Numbered from the stretch's first letter, positions 27,684-37,133 are shown. The stretch: 64,000 nt of DNA from a virus (IMGVR_UViG_3300010429_000303:1-64000), one strand, 5' to 3'. The notes: a model not told the origin generated them from the letters alone. Translations and numbers: made by a program.

Positions 27684-29882
27684 ATGATAGTCTTTGAACG
27701 ACTCTCCATAAAGAACTTTCTTTCTTATGGCCAGATTCCCTCCATAATTGATCTTAATACCCATGCAAAGACTTTAATATGTTCTCCAAACGGGATGGGA
27801 AAATGTCTTAGGGGATCTACCACTATTCAAGTGAGGTCTGACCATAAAGGAGAGACTAAAACCATTCAACTTAAAGATCTGTTTTCTTCGTATTGGGGAA
27901 TATCATTACTGCTAAAGCAATTCAACTCAGAAAAACTTAAAGAATCACTCCTGGTAGGTGATCTTTTAGTTTTAACGGAGTCTGGGTGGACTAACATTCA
28001 AGCAGTTCATAAGACAGTATCATTGCCGGTTATGCAAGTAACTACTGAGAATGGCCATATTCTGGAAGGATCATTAGATCACCCAGTATTCTTAGCCTCA
28101 GGGGAAATAAGATTCTTAAAGGACCTAGTTCCGGGACATGATAACCTCAGTACCTTTGAAGGATCTTCTTTAGTAGTTAAACAGGAACTCTTGTCGGTAG
28201 AAGAAGAACTGTATGATATTTCGGTTGATTCCCCCAACAAGGCATATTTTGCAAATGGGATTCTTTCTCACAACACGGCAATACCAACTGCATTATTGTT
28301 TGGGTTGTTTGGCAAGACTCACCGAAAAGTAAATCTGCCTCAGTTGGTCAACAACATCAATGGGGCTGAATGTGAAGTTGAAGTCTGGTTCTCTTTGGGG
28401 CATAAAGACCACTATCATATCCATCGGGGAATCAAGCCTTCCTTCCTAAACATCACTAGGAATGGAGAACCCCTTCTAGGAACAACCACTTCAGATCTTC
28501 AAGATAGATTAGAGAAACAAATCTTAAAGACTGATTTCAAGACTTTTTCTTCTATTATTACTATAGGAGGAAAGAACCAGATTCCTTTTATGGCTCTTAG
28601 GAGACAGGATAGGCGGCAAATCATTGAAAGTCTCTTGGATATTGATATTTTCTCTTCAATGAATGGGATAGCCAAGAGTCAATCTTCAGAGTTACATGAA
28701 CAGTTAAAAGCAAAAAAGGATGAGATTAGGAAAAAGGAACATGAACTGGCTGTGTTGAAGGAGAGTATCAGGAAGGCAAAACATCTATTGGATGAAAGTG
28801 ACCACTCCAAACAGACCTCTATCAACAAGTATCAGGAACAATTGGCTGAGTTGGCCAAAGAGAAAGGTGAAATAGAGAATAGGTTGAATAACATTCATGA
28901 TACCTTTGGTCATATTCAGACATTAGATCAGACATTCAGTAATAAGCATAACACCTTGGAGTTTACCTATTCTTCTGAACAGAAGAAACTGATGCAGTTC
29001 AATAAACACATGGAGTTTTATGCCCAGAAGGATGAGTGCCCTACCTGTAATCAACCCCTGTCTGAAGAATACCGACAACGATCATTGGAATCCATTCAAG
29101 CAAAGATAACCAAATGTCAGTCGTGTATGGATCAGACTAAGATTATGCTTTCTGAACTTACTAACCTACACCAGGAAGTTAAACAGACCTTATTGCAGTA
29201 TAATGAACTCCTGTTTCAACGTTCACAGGTTCTTCAAAAAGAAGAGAAAATAATTTCAATAATTCAGGCTCTTGACAAACCCAAAAATTGTGTTATACTT
29301 AACTCAGTTAAGGAAGATGAAGAACGGTTATCCGGGTTGTATGAACAGCTAATAACTCTAAGAAAGGATCTCGAAGCCTTACAAGAACAACAAGAATATT
29401 TAGACTTTTGTCAGGTACTTCTTAAAGATGATGGAATCAAGACGTTGATCATAAAGGAATATCTACCAAAGTTGAATAGTATTCTTAATCAGTTTTTAGA
29501 TGATTTAGATCTCTTTATTGACTTCAATTTTGATGAATCCTTTAATGAAATAATCAAGTCAAGATTTCGTGAATTGTTCTCTTACGATTCATTTTCAGAT
29601 GGACAGAAGATGCGGATAGACATTGCCCTCCTGTTTACCTGGCGGGAAATCGCCAAACATAGGAACTCGTTAAATACTAATGTCCTGTTTTGTGATGAAT
29701 TGTTTGATTCGTCCTTAGATGCAAATGCTACTGAGTTAGCTATACGATTACTTGATTCCTCCTGTAAAGATACATGTTGCTATGTAATTTCACATAAATC
29801 GGACTTGTTTGAATCTAAGATGGATAGAATTATACAATGTTCTTTAGAGAACAACTTCACCCAACTTAAAGAGATAGTCTAA
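27684..29882 (+). CDS. 46: Recombination ATPase gp46 (Rad50/SbcC-like) with intein
   Basis: KNFLSYG, NGMGK|intein|T, CPTC hook, FSDGQ, DELFDSSLD. Confidence 0.93.
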   Translation: MIVFERLSIKNFLSYGQIPSIIDLNTHAKTLICSPNGMGKCLRGSTTIQVRSDHKGETKTIQLKDLFSSYWGISLLLKQFNSEKLKESLLVGDLLVLTESGWTNIQAVHKTVSLPVMQVTTENGHILEGSLDHPVFLASGEIRFLKDLVPGHDNLSTFEGSSLVVKQELLSVEEELYDISVDSPNKAYFANGILSHNTAIPTALLFGLFGKTHRKVNLPQLVNNINGAECEVEVWFSLGHKDHYHIHRGIKPSFLNITRNGEPLLGTTTSDLQDRLEKQILKTDFKTFSSIITIGGKNQIPFMALRRQDRRQIIESLLDIDIFSSMNGIAKSQSSELHEQLKAKKDEIRKKEHELAVLKESIRKAKHLLDESDHSKQTSINKYQEQLAELAKEKGEIENRLNNIHDTFGHIQTLDQTFSNKHNTLEFTYSSEQKKLMQFNKHMEFYAQKDECPTCNQPLSEEYRQRSLESIQAKITKCQSCMDQTKIMLSELTNLHQEVKQTLLQYNELLFQRSQVLQKEEKIISIIQALDKPKNCVILNSVKEDEERLSGLYEQLITLRKDLEALQEQQEYLDFCQVLLKDDGIKTLIIKEYLPKLNSILNQFLDDLDLFIDFNFDESFNEIIKSRFRELFSYDSFSDGQKMRIDIALLFTWREIAKHRNSLNTNVLFCDELFDSSLDANATELAIRLLDSSCKDTCCYVISHKSDLFESKMDRIIQCSLENNFTQLKEIV
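27804..28274 (+). mobile_element. Mini-intein (157 aa) in gp46 Walker A
   Basis: CLRGST, SLDHPVF, LYDISV, NGILSHN followed by T. Confidence 0.92.
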
Positions 29883-29893
29883 GGAGATTTGGC

Positions 29894-30418
29894 ATGACTA
29901 AAAAGGATATAATGGAACTGATCATTGAAAAATCTAAGGATTCAGATATAGATCCTGAGTTCTTACTGACAATGGCCAATATTGAATCTGCATTCAACCC
30001 CAATGCGAGAAACAAGTTTTCAGGGGCAGCAGGGTTGTACCAGTTTATTCCCTCAACAGCCAGGGCGTATGGGTTAAGAAATCCTTATGATCCCAATCAA
30101 GCTATAGCGGCGGTCATTAAGTTTACTAAAGCTAATGCAAAGATTCTTTCAGGGGCTGGCATCCAGGTTACTGGGGCAAACTTATATCTAGCCCACCAAC
30201 AAGGGGCGGGTGGGGCTATTGCCCTATACCGAAGTGCTACCAGAGGAACTCCATTAGATAGAACAATCAGGCGGAACATTTCTGCAAATGGGGGGAAAGG
30301 GATGTCTGCTCAACAGTTCATAGACTTCTGGAAGAAGAACTACCTCAGTAAACTTCTAAAAACTCGGGTGTTGCTGAAGGAACATGGGCTTACCTTAGAG
30401 GGATCTAATGATGAGTAG
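29894..30418 (+). CDS. Lytic transglycosylase (SLT-like)
   Basis: IESAFNPNA, AAGLYQF..ST, YLAHQQG. Confidence 0.88.
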   Translation: MTKKDIMELIIEKSKDSDIDPEFLLTMANIESAFNPNARNKFSGAAGLYQFIPSTARAYGLRNPYDPNQAIAAVIKFTKANAKILSGAGIQVTGANLYLAHQQGAGGAIALYRSATRGTPLDRTIRRNISANGGKGMSAQQFIDFWKKNYLSKLLKTRVLLKEHGLTLEGSNDE

Positions 30419-30923
30419 GATGACGTTTAAGGAGTTTCTTCAAAGCTTAGGGGTAGTTAACGGGTCGAGTGAAGAACTCCAAAGTGAAAGTCTTTCTATT
30501 CATGCAAAAGAAAGATCACTTGAAAGGAGAATCCCAGAAGGATTGCAAAAGTTATTGGGTAACGTGTTCGAACCGTTCCTATACTACTATCTAAAAAGTA
30601 ATAGTGAATTCAATGTCAATAAGTCAGGAGAAAAAGGTACTGAGTTTGTAGTAATGGTAACCTTTAACGATCAAGACTATTGTTTTGTAGGGACTTACAA
30701 GAAGGATAAACTCAAGAAAGAGGTTACCCCTTTCATTCTCTGGCTAACGATGTTTAAAGTTAATCCACCGTTGTTCATTAAATCAGGAACCGCCTACCGA
30801 TTTGATATCAAGGAGCTCAAGGAAAATGAAAAGGATGCTCAGATAACTATTAGGACCAACCGTCGAAGATTCTCGTTTACTATCGAGAAAAATCCTGTAA
30901 CCTTGTCCACTAAACGTAAATAA
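30408..30923 (+). CDS. Hypothetical protein (MTFKEFLQ N-terminus)
   Basis: 171-aa ORF. Confidence 0.7.
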   Translation: MMSRMTFKEFLQSLGVVNGSSEELQSESLSIHAKERSLERRIPEGLQKLLGNVFEPFLYYYLKSNSEFNVNKSGEKGTEFVVMVTFNDQDYCFVGTYKKDKLKKEVTPFILWLTMFKVNPPLFIKSGTAYRFDIKELKENEKDAQITIRTNRRRFSFTIEKNPVTLSTKRK

Positions 30924-30925
30924 TT

Positions 30926-31189
30926 TTGGAGAACTTCATGTTGAATATTAAGAATGATTTTGTTGACAATATCAATGTAGCCCTGTCCACAAATGAAGGT
31001 GACTTTCTTATCTGGGATGATTGTAATCGCTTTATCCCAATCTCATTGGATGATCTCTCCGAACTAACCACTAAACTCATGATGTTGGAGGAATATCTAG
31101 AACTTAAAGATGATATCCGGGTAGTAGATCCAATCACACTCATGCAAAATCAACCTGTCTTCGCTGAAGATGAAAAAGAGCAAGAGTAA
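30926..31189 (+). CDS. Hypothetical protein
   Basis: 87-aa ORF; likely start at internal ATG after GGAG. Confidence 0.6.
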   Translation: MENFMLNIKNDFVDNINVALSTNEGDFLIWDDCNRFIPISLDDLSELTTKLMMLEEYLELKDDIRVVDPITLMQNQPVFAEDEKEQE

Positions 31190-31246
31190 CCAACCCCACC
31201 CAAACACACCCAATTATAGTCTAATAGTACACTAAGGGAAACAACT

Positions 31247-32140
31247 ATGCCATCAGATATCTTTCAAAAGCTAAAAGCTAATCGTGGAACTTCAGACAAC
31301 GTTTCTTCATTACTTTCTCAAATCGATAAAGTTGAGACAAAGAGTTTTGACGATGAACGTCAATGGAAACTTACTGTAGATCAAGCAGGGAATGGCTCTG
31401 CTATCATTAGGTTCTTGCCTGGACCAAAAGACGAGAAGTTTGAGAAGTTGTATAACCATGCATTTAAGAATCCACTTTCAGGAAAGTGGTTTATTGAGAA
31501 TTGTCCGACTACTATCGGGTTAGATTGTCCGGTGTGCTCAGAAAATACGAAGCAATGGTCTACTGGTATTCCACAAAATCAGGAAATTGTTCGGGTTCGT
31601 AAACGGAATCTGAAATACATCTCTAATATCTATGTGGTTGCTGATCCTAAGAATAAGGAAGCAGAGGGCCGGGTATTCTTATTCAAGTATGGTCCTAAAA
31701 TCTTTGAGAAGATTAAGTTAGCAGCAAAACCACTCTTCCCAGGAGTTAAGCCTTGTAATGTCTTTGATATGTGGGAAGGGGCTAATTTTCAACTCCTCTG
31801 TACCATGGTAAAGAAACAACGAAATTACGATTCCTCTGTCTTCGAATCACGGAGTCAGTTGATTGAAGATGAAGAAGTGCTCCAAAAGATTTGGGAATCC
31901 CAATTTGCTCTCTCTGAGTTTGTTGATCCTGCTCAGTTCAAGAGTTATGTTGAAATTGAAAAGAAATTTAAAGATTTTTGTTCATCAGGAGAGACTAACT
32001 CTTCAGTTCGTGATCACATCCAGCCAGAGTCTTATGCTTCAGGGGCAGTGGATACTTCAGAGGATAAATCCTCCAAATATCAAAAGTTTCTGGATAAGTT
32101 CAGTTCTTCTTCGGAAGAGGATGACGACATCCCGTTCTAA
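31247..32140 (+). CDS. 32: ssDNA-binding protein gp32
   Basis: DERQWKL..D.AGNGSAIIRFLP, WFIENCPTTIG..CPVC, GANF, RNYD, acidic tail DDDIPF. Confidence 0.95.
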   Translation: MPSDIFQKLKANRGTSDNVSSLLSQIDKVETKSFDDERQWKLTVDQAGNGSAIIRFLPGPKDEKFEKLYNHAFKNPLSGKWFIENCPTTIGLDCPVCSENTKQWSTGIPQNQEIVRVRKRNLKYISNIYVVADPKNKEAEGRVFLFKYGPKIFEKIKLAAKPLFPGVKPCNVFDMWEGANFQLLCTMVKKQRNYDSSVFESRSQLIEDEEVLQKIWESQFALSEFVDPAQFKSYVEIEKKFKDFCSSGETNSSVRDHIQPESYASGAVDTSEDKSSKYQKFLDKFSSSSEEDDDIPF

Positions 32141-32173
32141 TATGGAAACTTAAAGCCACTTAAAGAAGTCAAC

Positions 32174-32202
32174 AAAAAGCCGGCATCTAGCCGGCTTTTT
32201 TT
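32174..32202. terminator. Bidirectional rho-independent terminator
   Basis: AAAAAGCCGGC-atcta-GCCGGCTTTTTTT. Confidence 0.9.
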
Positions 32203-32238
32203 GTGTCTGGAAGGTTAATTTTAGAACAATCGCCTAAC

Positions 32239-33541
32239 ATGTTTCATACCCCTAGAAATGATATAAATAGATAAAACTTCATCTAAAACGGTAAATTACA
32301 CTTGAGCCATAAAGCCTTTAAACTCAGACTACATCCCACACCAGAACAAACAGTCTTGTTGAACAAGACCTTTGGTTGTGTCCGATCTATCTGGAATCAA
32401 AGAGTAGATGGCTTCAATAACTGGAGTCCAGGAATTGAAACAGTAGAACCTACCATCAAAGAATTGAAGGTCATCTATCCTTGGTTGTCTGATGTTCCTT
32501 ACAACGCATTAGAACAAAAACTCAACGATTGGCGGTCATTTAAATCCCAATTCTTCAACAAGAAAAGGAAGAAGAAGCTTGGAAGACCAACCTTTAAAAG
32601 CCGAAGAGGACGTCAATCCTTTAGGTTATCCATAAATGGATTCTCCTTTAAGGATAATCAAGTGGTTTTAGCTAAGATAGGTAAACTAAATCTTGTTGGT
32701 TATGATCTTTCAATCTTACCTTTAGAGACTTGCAAGTCTATCACCATCTCTAAAGACCCTTCTGGAAAGTGTTTTTGTTCTATTCTGTTAGAGGTCAATA
32801 TCCAACCTAAACCCCTAACCGGTCAGATGATTGGCATAGATTTAGGCATCAAAGATCTTTACATCCTTTCAGATGGTCAAGTTGTCGAGAACCCCAAGTG
32901 GTACCATGAAAACCAAGTGGTATTGAAGAAGGCTCAACAACGGTTAGATAGAAAGGTTAAAGGTAGTGGACGGTTTGAAAAGCAGCGAATCAAGGCAGCT
33001 AAGGTCTACGAGAAGATAAAGAACAAACGGAACTACTTTCTTCACAACATCTCCTCTTCCTTAGTGACCAATTATGATCTTATCTGTCTTGAAGATCTGA
33101 ATGTCTCTGGAATGGTAAAAAATCACTGTTTGGCCAAAGCCATTCAAAACGCTTCATGGTCTTCTTTTGTTCAGATGCTGGCCTACAAGTGTGACTGGTA
33201 TGGAAAGACCTTAGTGAAGGTTGATCGGTTCTTTCCTTCCTCTAAGACTTGTTCTTCCTGTGGCTTCAAGATGGATAAGATGCCTTTATCTATTCGAGAA
33301 TGGATCTGTCCTTCTTGTGGTTCAAGACACCATAGAGATCATAACGCTGCAAAGAACATTCTCCAGGAGGGATTTAGAATCCTAACTGGTCAGGAGTTTG
33401 AGGGTTTCCCTAAACCCTCTTCGGCAGAGTATGTCGAATACAGACGTGGAGAGGTTATAAGTCTATTTGATGCTCGTCATCACTTAGCATCCTTCGTGAA
33501 ACGTCTAGAAATTATATGAATTTATATGATTTCGGTACTAC
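32239..33541 (+). mobile_element. TnpB-only element, copy 3
   Basis: Same ends; between the gp32 terminator and the tape-measure stop. Confidence 0.85.
32302..33519 (+). CDS. tnpB: RNA-guided endonuclease TnpB
   Basis: Near-identical to the other copies; RuvC D/E/D intact. Confidence 0.95.
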   Translation: MSHKAFKLRLHPTPEQTVLLNKTFGCVRSIWNQRVDGFNNWSPGIETVEPTIKELKVIYPWLSDVPYNALEQKLNDWRSFKSQFFNKKRKKKLGRPTFKSRRGRQSFRLSINGFSFKDNQVVLAKIGKLNLVGYDLSILPLETCKSITISKDPSGKCFCSILLEVNIQPKPLTGQMIGIDLGIKDLYILSDGQVVENPKWYHENQVVLKKAQQRLDRKVKGSGRFEKQRIKAAKVYEKIKNKRNYFLHNISSSLVTNYDLICLEDLNVSGMVKNHCLAKAIQNASWSSFVQMLAYKCDWYGKTLVKVDRFFPSSKTCSSCGFKMDKMPLSIREWICPSCGSRHHRDHNAAKNILQEGFRILTGQEFEGFPKPSSAEYVEYRRGEVISLFDARHHLASFVKRLEII

Positions 33542-33560
33542 TTTGGTCAATGTCCATAGA
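33400..33560 (+). ncRNA. Putative TnpB omegaRNA/reRNA (equivalents at about 3395-3555 and 25120-25270); limits approximate
   Basis: 3' end nearly invariant between copies; AGACGT..ACGTCT stem with nested hairpins; guide expected from the right flank. Confidence 0.6.
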
Positions 33561-36225
33561 ACGCCCCTGCAATAGAACCAGGATTATTAGGGGCTGGTGG
33601 TATTATAGAAGGTGGGTTCACTGCTTGCTGAACATGAACTGGAGTTGGGTTTACTTGTATAGGGGGAGATTGGGCTACAATAACCTTACTTTTAGCTTGT
33701 TGTCCAGTAATATCATTTAACCCATTAAAGAATTTATTATAATTAGATTCAAGAGATCCTGTGAATGAATCAATATTTGAGGATTCTAATTGAGAAATTT
33801 GGTTGACGTTCTGTCTCTGATTAAATGCTTGATAACTCACACTTCTCTGTGGAAAAAATGTAGTTGATCCCCCAGGTATTTCGGGTATTCCAGTTGCACG
33901 TGAAAGGGGTTCCTTGCTAAGTTCAGTATACCTCTTGGTTAAATCTAATGCAGACAGAGTATTAGTTACCGGTGACATATTAAGTAGTGAAAAATCTTTC
34001 TGATTAAATTCTGTAGTAAGTTGTCCTGTTTTTTGTGGATTAAGGTTGAAATCTTCTGCCTTAAAGTTTAACCTATTGATATCAGGGAGTGGTTCGATAT
34101 AGTTTGAAGAAGGAGTAAGTTTTCCATCCAATCCTAACTCCATAAACTTATTTACTTCTAACACTTCTGATTCTTTTGACTTAAACAACTCAGATGGGGG
34201 TTTTTTAGGTCCTCCAAACCCAGGAAATGTTGCTGGCAAATCCATCCTACTAAAATCTGGAGTTATATCAGCTAATCCATTTGGAAGCAACTGATTAACA
34301 ATATCTTTAGCTCGTTCTCCCCCAGGGAGTTCTGAAATTGCACCCTCAAGTGCAGTCAATCCTGCCTGGGCATTTTCTGTTATAACATCTCCCATCTTAG
34401 TCATTATATCTAAAGGATTTAATTCAGATAAATCAATCCCGGCAAATTCTAATGCTAATGCCCCAGCCCCTCCAACCCCTACCCCTGTTAAAATTGAGCC
34501 CAGAACAGAAGATCCACTTTTAGGTTTAGCAATATTAGCCCCACCACTTCCGCCGGGCAGTCCAGCAGTTTCGGTTATTGTCGAAGAGAGTGAAGAGACA
34601 TTCTTAGATAGACTACCCATAACCATAGGGAGAATGCCTATGGGAGCCAGTTTAAGCATTGAATCGAAAAAACTTTCCTCTTTTTCATCCTTTTTCTTTT
34701 CTTCAGCCTTAGTCATTCCTGGTACTTCAGGGGCAGACATAAGTGTTGAAATATTCTTACTGATCATTGATGGGATGGCCATCAAAGGATTTAGTTGGGC
34801 CAGACCAGGAATGACATCAAGAAGTGACTTTCCCTCATCTACCTTCTTAATCTCAGGAGAGTTAACCTTAGCATCCCTTTCTGCTTTAGGGGGAGTAGGG
34901 GCAGTTAAATCTGCTTCTTTAGGTCCAAATAAGGTTGTAAAGATATTGCTAAGTCCAGTTTTAGCAGAGTCGAAGGTATCAACTGCAATCTTCCCAGTAG
35001 TTTCTTTAAGGAATCCACCTATATTTGTACCCTCTATTCCTGCGGCAGAAAGACCCAGGTCAGCAATAGAGCCAAAGCTACCTACAAATCCCCCTGCTGC
35101 ATTTGCAATTCTATCAGTGGCTGCTATTTCTTCCTTCCCAGACATCTTCTTGATGGCTTCATCATCAAAAGCATCATAGATAGCAACACCTGCTGCTATG
35201 GCCTGACCCACCACAGGAACCGCTTTTAGGAGTTTACTGCCTGCCCCTAGTGCTTTAGCCCCAGCACCAAGTCCTGCTGCAGATGAAGCTACGGGTGCTG
35301 CTTTCGCTAATGCAGATACTTCAGGAATAACCGCTGCTGCAGGAGTAGCTAGTTTAAAAGCAGATGTCCCTTTAGAGCCTGCTGCAAGAATGTCTTTACT
35401 TCTTTGTAGACCTTGAGCTGCTATTTCGGATCCTTTAAGAACTTGGCCAACTGCTGGGGGAGGGGAGATAAAGGATTTTATCGGATTTAAAATTCTACTT
35501 ATTAACGAACCTTTCTTAGAGGCTTCTTCCACTCCTTTGGCAGCAGTGGCGGCCTTAGAGGCTTCTTCTATGCCTTTAGCAGCAGTGGCGGCCTTAGAGG
35601 CTGCTTCTATGCCTTTAGCAGCAGGGCCTAACCCTAACATTCTCCTCCCTAAATTCCATCCTCCCTTTGCAACTGCTGCACCCCCTCGTAATGCACCTGA
35701 AGTGGCTCCTTTAAGTAATTTCCATGCCCCATACCCACCCAGAAGTGAGCCTACAATTCCAGGTCCCCCTGAAGAACCCGGCTGAGAACCTCCTCCACCC
35801 GAAAGACCATTTCCTATCCCTCCCCCATTCCCAGCAAGATTCAAGAGATCTTTAAGATTACTGTCAATAGATTTCAAATACCCTAGAACACTGTCATTAA
35901 AGACATCTTGGTCTTGTTCTGCCTTAATCTCTTTAACATTTTTAACAGAAACATTTCGTTCAAAAGAAGGAGGGATTTTAATTCCACGTTCACGTCTCTG
36001 AATTTCCGGAACTCCTGGTTTATCGGGAGTTTTCTCTTCTGGAGGAATAGCCAACCCTGGCTTTACTGAACTAAGTTTGGACAGTTCTTTCTTAGGACCT
36101 AATGCAGTGTCAACTGTTTTTCTGGCAGGCTTAGACTCTTCATTAGTAAAGACCGTATTGATATCAGAAACTCTAGAAATTTCTTTACTGGGAGTGGGTA
36201 GTGGTTTACCTTGAGTTACAGCCAT
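33547..36225 (-). CDS. Tape measure / gp29-like protein
   Basis: 892 aa, Ala/Gly-rich helical, KLLKAVPVVGQAI motif, directly downstream of gp26/gp51-like genes. Confidence 0.7.
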   Translation of the reverse strand: MAVTQGKPLPTPSKEISRVSDINTVFTNEESKPARKTVDTALGPKKELSKLSSVKPGLAIPPEEKTPDKPGVPEIQRRERGIKIPPSFERNVSVKNVKEIKAEQDQDVFNDSVLGYLKSIDSNLKDLLNLAGNGGGIGNGLSGGGGSQPGSSGGPGIVGSLLGGYGAWKLLKGATSGALRGGAAVAKGGWNLGRRMLGLGPAAKGIEAASKAATAAKGIEEASKAATAAKGVEEASKKGSLISRILNPIKSFISPPPAVGQVLKGSEIAAQGLQRSKDILAAGSKGTSAFKLATPAAAVIPEVSALAKAAPVASSAAGLGAGAKALGAGSKLLKAVPVVGQAIAAGVAIYDAFDDEAIKKMSGKEEIAATDRIANAAGGFVGSFGSIADLGLSAAGIEGTNIGGFLKETTGKIAVDTFDSAKTGLSNIFTTLFGPKEADLTAPTPPKAERDAKVNSPEIKKVDEGKSLLDVIPGLAQLNPLMAIPSMISKNISTLMSAPEVPGMTKAEEKKKDEKEESFFDSMLKLAPIGILPMVMGSLSKNVSSLSSTITETAGLPGGSGGANIAKPKSGSSVLGSILTGVGVGGAGALALEFAGIDLSELNPLDIMTKMGDVITENAQAGLTALEGAISELPGGERAKDIVNQLLPNGLADITPDFSRMDLPATFPGFGGPKKPPSELFKSKESEVLEVNKFMELGLDGKLTPSSNYIEPLPDINRLNFKAEDFNLNPQKTGQLTTEFNQKDFSLLNMSPVTNTLSALDLTKRYTELSKEPLSRATGIPEIPGGSTTFFPQRSVSYQAFNQRQNVNQISQLESSNIDSFTGSLESNYNKFFNGLNDITGQQAKSKVIVAQSPPIQVNPTPVHVQQAVNPPSIIPPAPNNPGSIAGAFYGH

Positions 36226-36239
36226 GCCATTCGTCCTTG

Positions 36240-36425
36240 TCAGGTTCTCGCTTGCTTTCTAAGTTCATTTTCTCGCTTTATCTTCTCAATCAGAAGAGCC
36301 ATGTAGATTTCTTTCTCATAGGGAAAAAGTTCATTAAGGTCTGCCAAGGAGAAGTGACCATACTGGGTTAGGTTAAAATCTAGTCGGTAAAAGTCAAATA
36401 GGCTTTCCTCCTTATCAATTATAGA
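36240..36425 (-). CDS. 51: gp51-like ORF (61 codons, not in ORF track, no suitable start; likely reached by -1 frameshift)
   Basis: Manual translation SIIDKEESLFDFYRLDFNLTQYGHFSLADLNELFPYEKEIYMALLIEKIKRENELRKQART. Confidence 0.75.
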   Translation of the reverse strand, partial: SIIDKEESLFDFYRLDFNLTQYGHFSLADLNELFPYEKEIYMALLIEKIKRENELRKQART

Positions 36426-37117
36426 AAAAAATTGTTGAGTCCCCTTAGCTCAATAGTCTTTTTCTTTGGAGGGGTTCCTACTGAAAATTCTAAGGTCAAT
36501 TGGATTGTAGGTAGGTTATTAAAGAAGTCAATGATCTTTTGGATATCAAGATCAATAAGTCCTTTTAACCACTCTGCAATCTCATGAACAGTATACTCAT
36601 CTGAATGGTAGATATTGTCTTTATCAAAAATAAACTCTACCAACCGTGCCATTTTACCAAAATCATCTTCTTCATTATCTATCAGTTTAGCAAGGGCGAC
36701 GGTAGGGAACTTCATCTTGATCCCTAATCCCCCAGAAAGAAATAGTTCACGTTCAGGGAACTTAGTAGTTTGAACTTCGGTAAGGTCTAACTCCAGGGGA
36801 ATGATATCATCAGTTCCATCAACATCCATGGTGGCAGTGTAATTAAGATCTACCTTTTCACCTTTGGACTTAGCCTTAATGGAGATAAAGAGGAGTTCGA
36901 AGTCAACTACTGGTAGATTCTTAATATCAAGTAGATCGAAGGTACACCCATTTAGGATTTCAATAACGGCTTCTTGGATTTGGTTTTCATCTTTCAGCAT
37001 CAATGCTGTCAATAACTTCTTGTGTTCTACTGAAACCCAAGGACGATACTTTACGGTTTTTTCTGATCCTGGAAGGAAGAGTTCATAGGTAGGAAAACGA
37101 TGTTTTGGTAAGGGCAT
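36419..37117 (-). CDS. 26: Baseplate hub assembly protein gp26
   Basis: MPLPK..PTYEL.LP, KYRPW, DFELLF..IKAKSKGE, ends GLNNFFL. Confidence 0.9.
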   Translation of the reverse strand: MPLPKHRFPTYELFLPGSEKTVKYRPWVSVEHKKLLTALMLKDENQIQEAVIEILNGCTFDLLDIKNLPVVDFELLFISIKAKSKGEKVDLNYTATMDVDGTDDIIPLELDLTEVQTTKFPERELFLSGGLGIKMKFPTVALAKLIDNEEDDFGKMARLVEFIFDKDNIYHSDEYTVHEIAEWLKGLIDLDIQKIIDFFNNLPTIQLTLEFSVGTPPKKKTIELRGLNNFFL

Positions 37118-37133
37118 GAGTCACCTGAAAAGT

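Noticed and set aside
2297-33519. TnpB copies as Cas12f or catalytically dead TldR regulators
   Set aside because: No CRISPR array; RuvC D/E/D intact; shared element ends indicate mobile elements.
33526-33720. 64-aa + strand ORF after TnpB copy 3
   Set aside because: Starts in the element end and is antisense to the tape measure; likely spurious.
34634-35785. + strand ORFs 34634..35179 and 35537..35785
   Set aside because: Antisense shadows of the Ala/Gly-rich tape measure.
36395-36414. AAGGAGG as RBS for the gp51-like ORF
   Set aside because: It lies within the D-K-E-E codons and the nearby TTG is out of frame.
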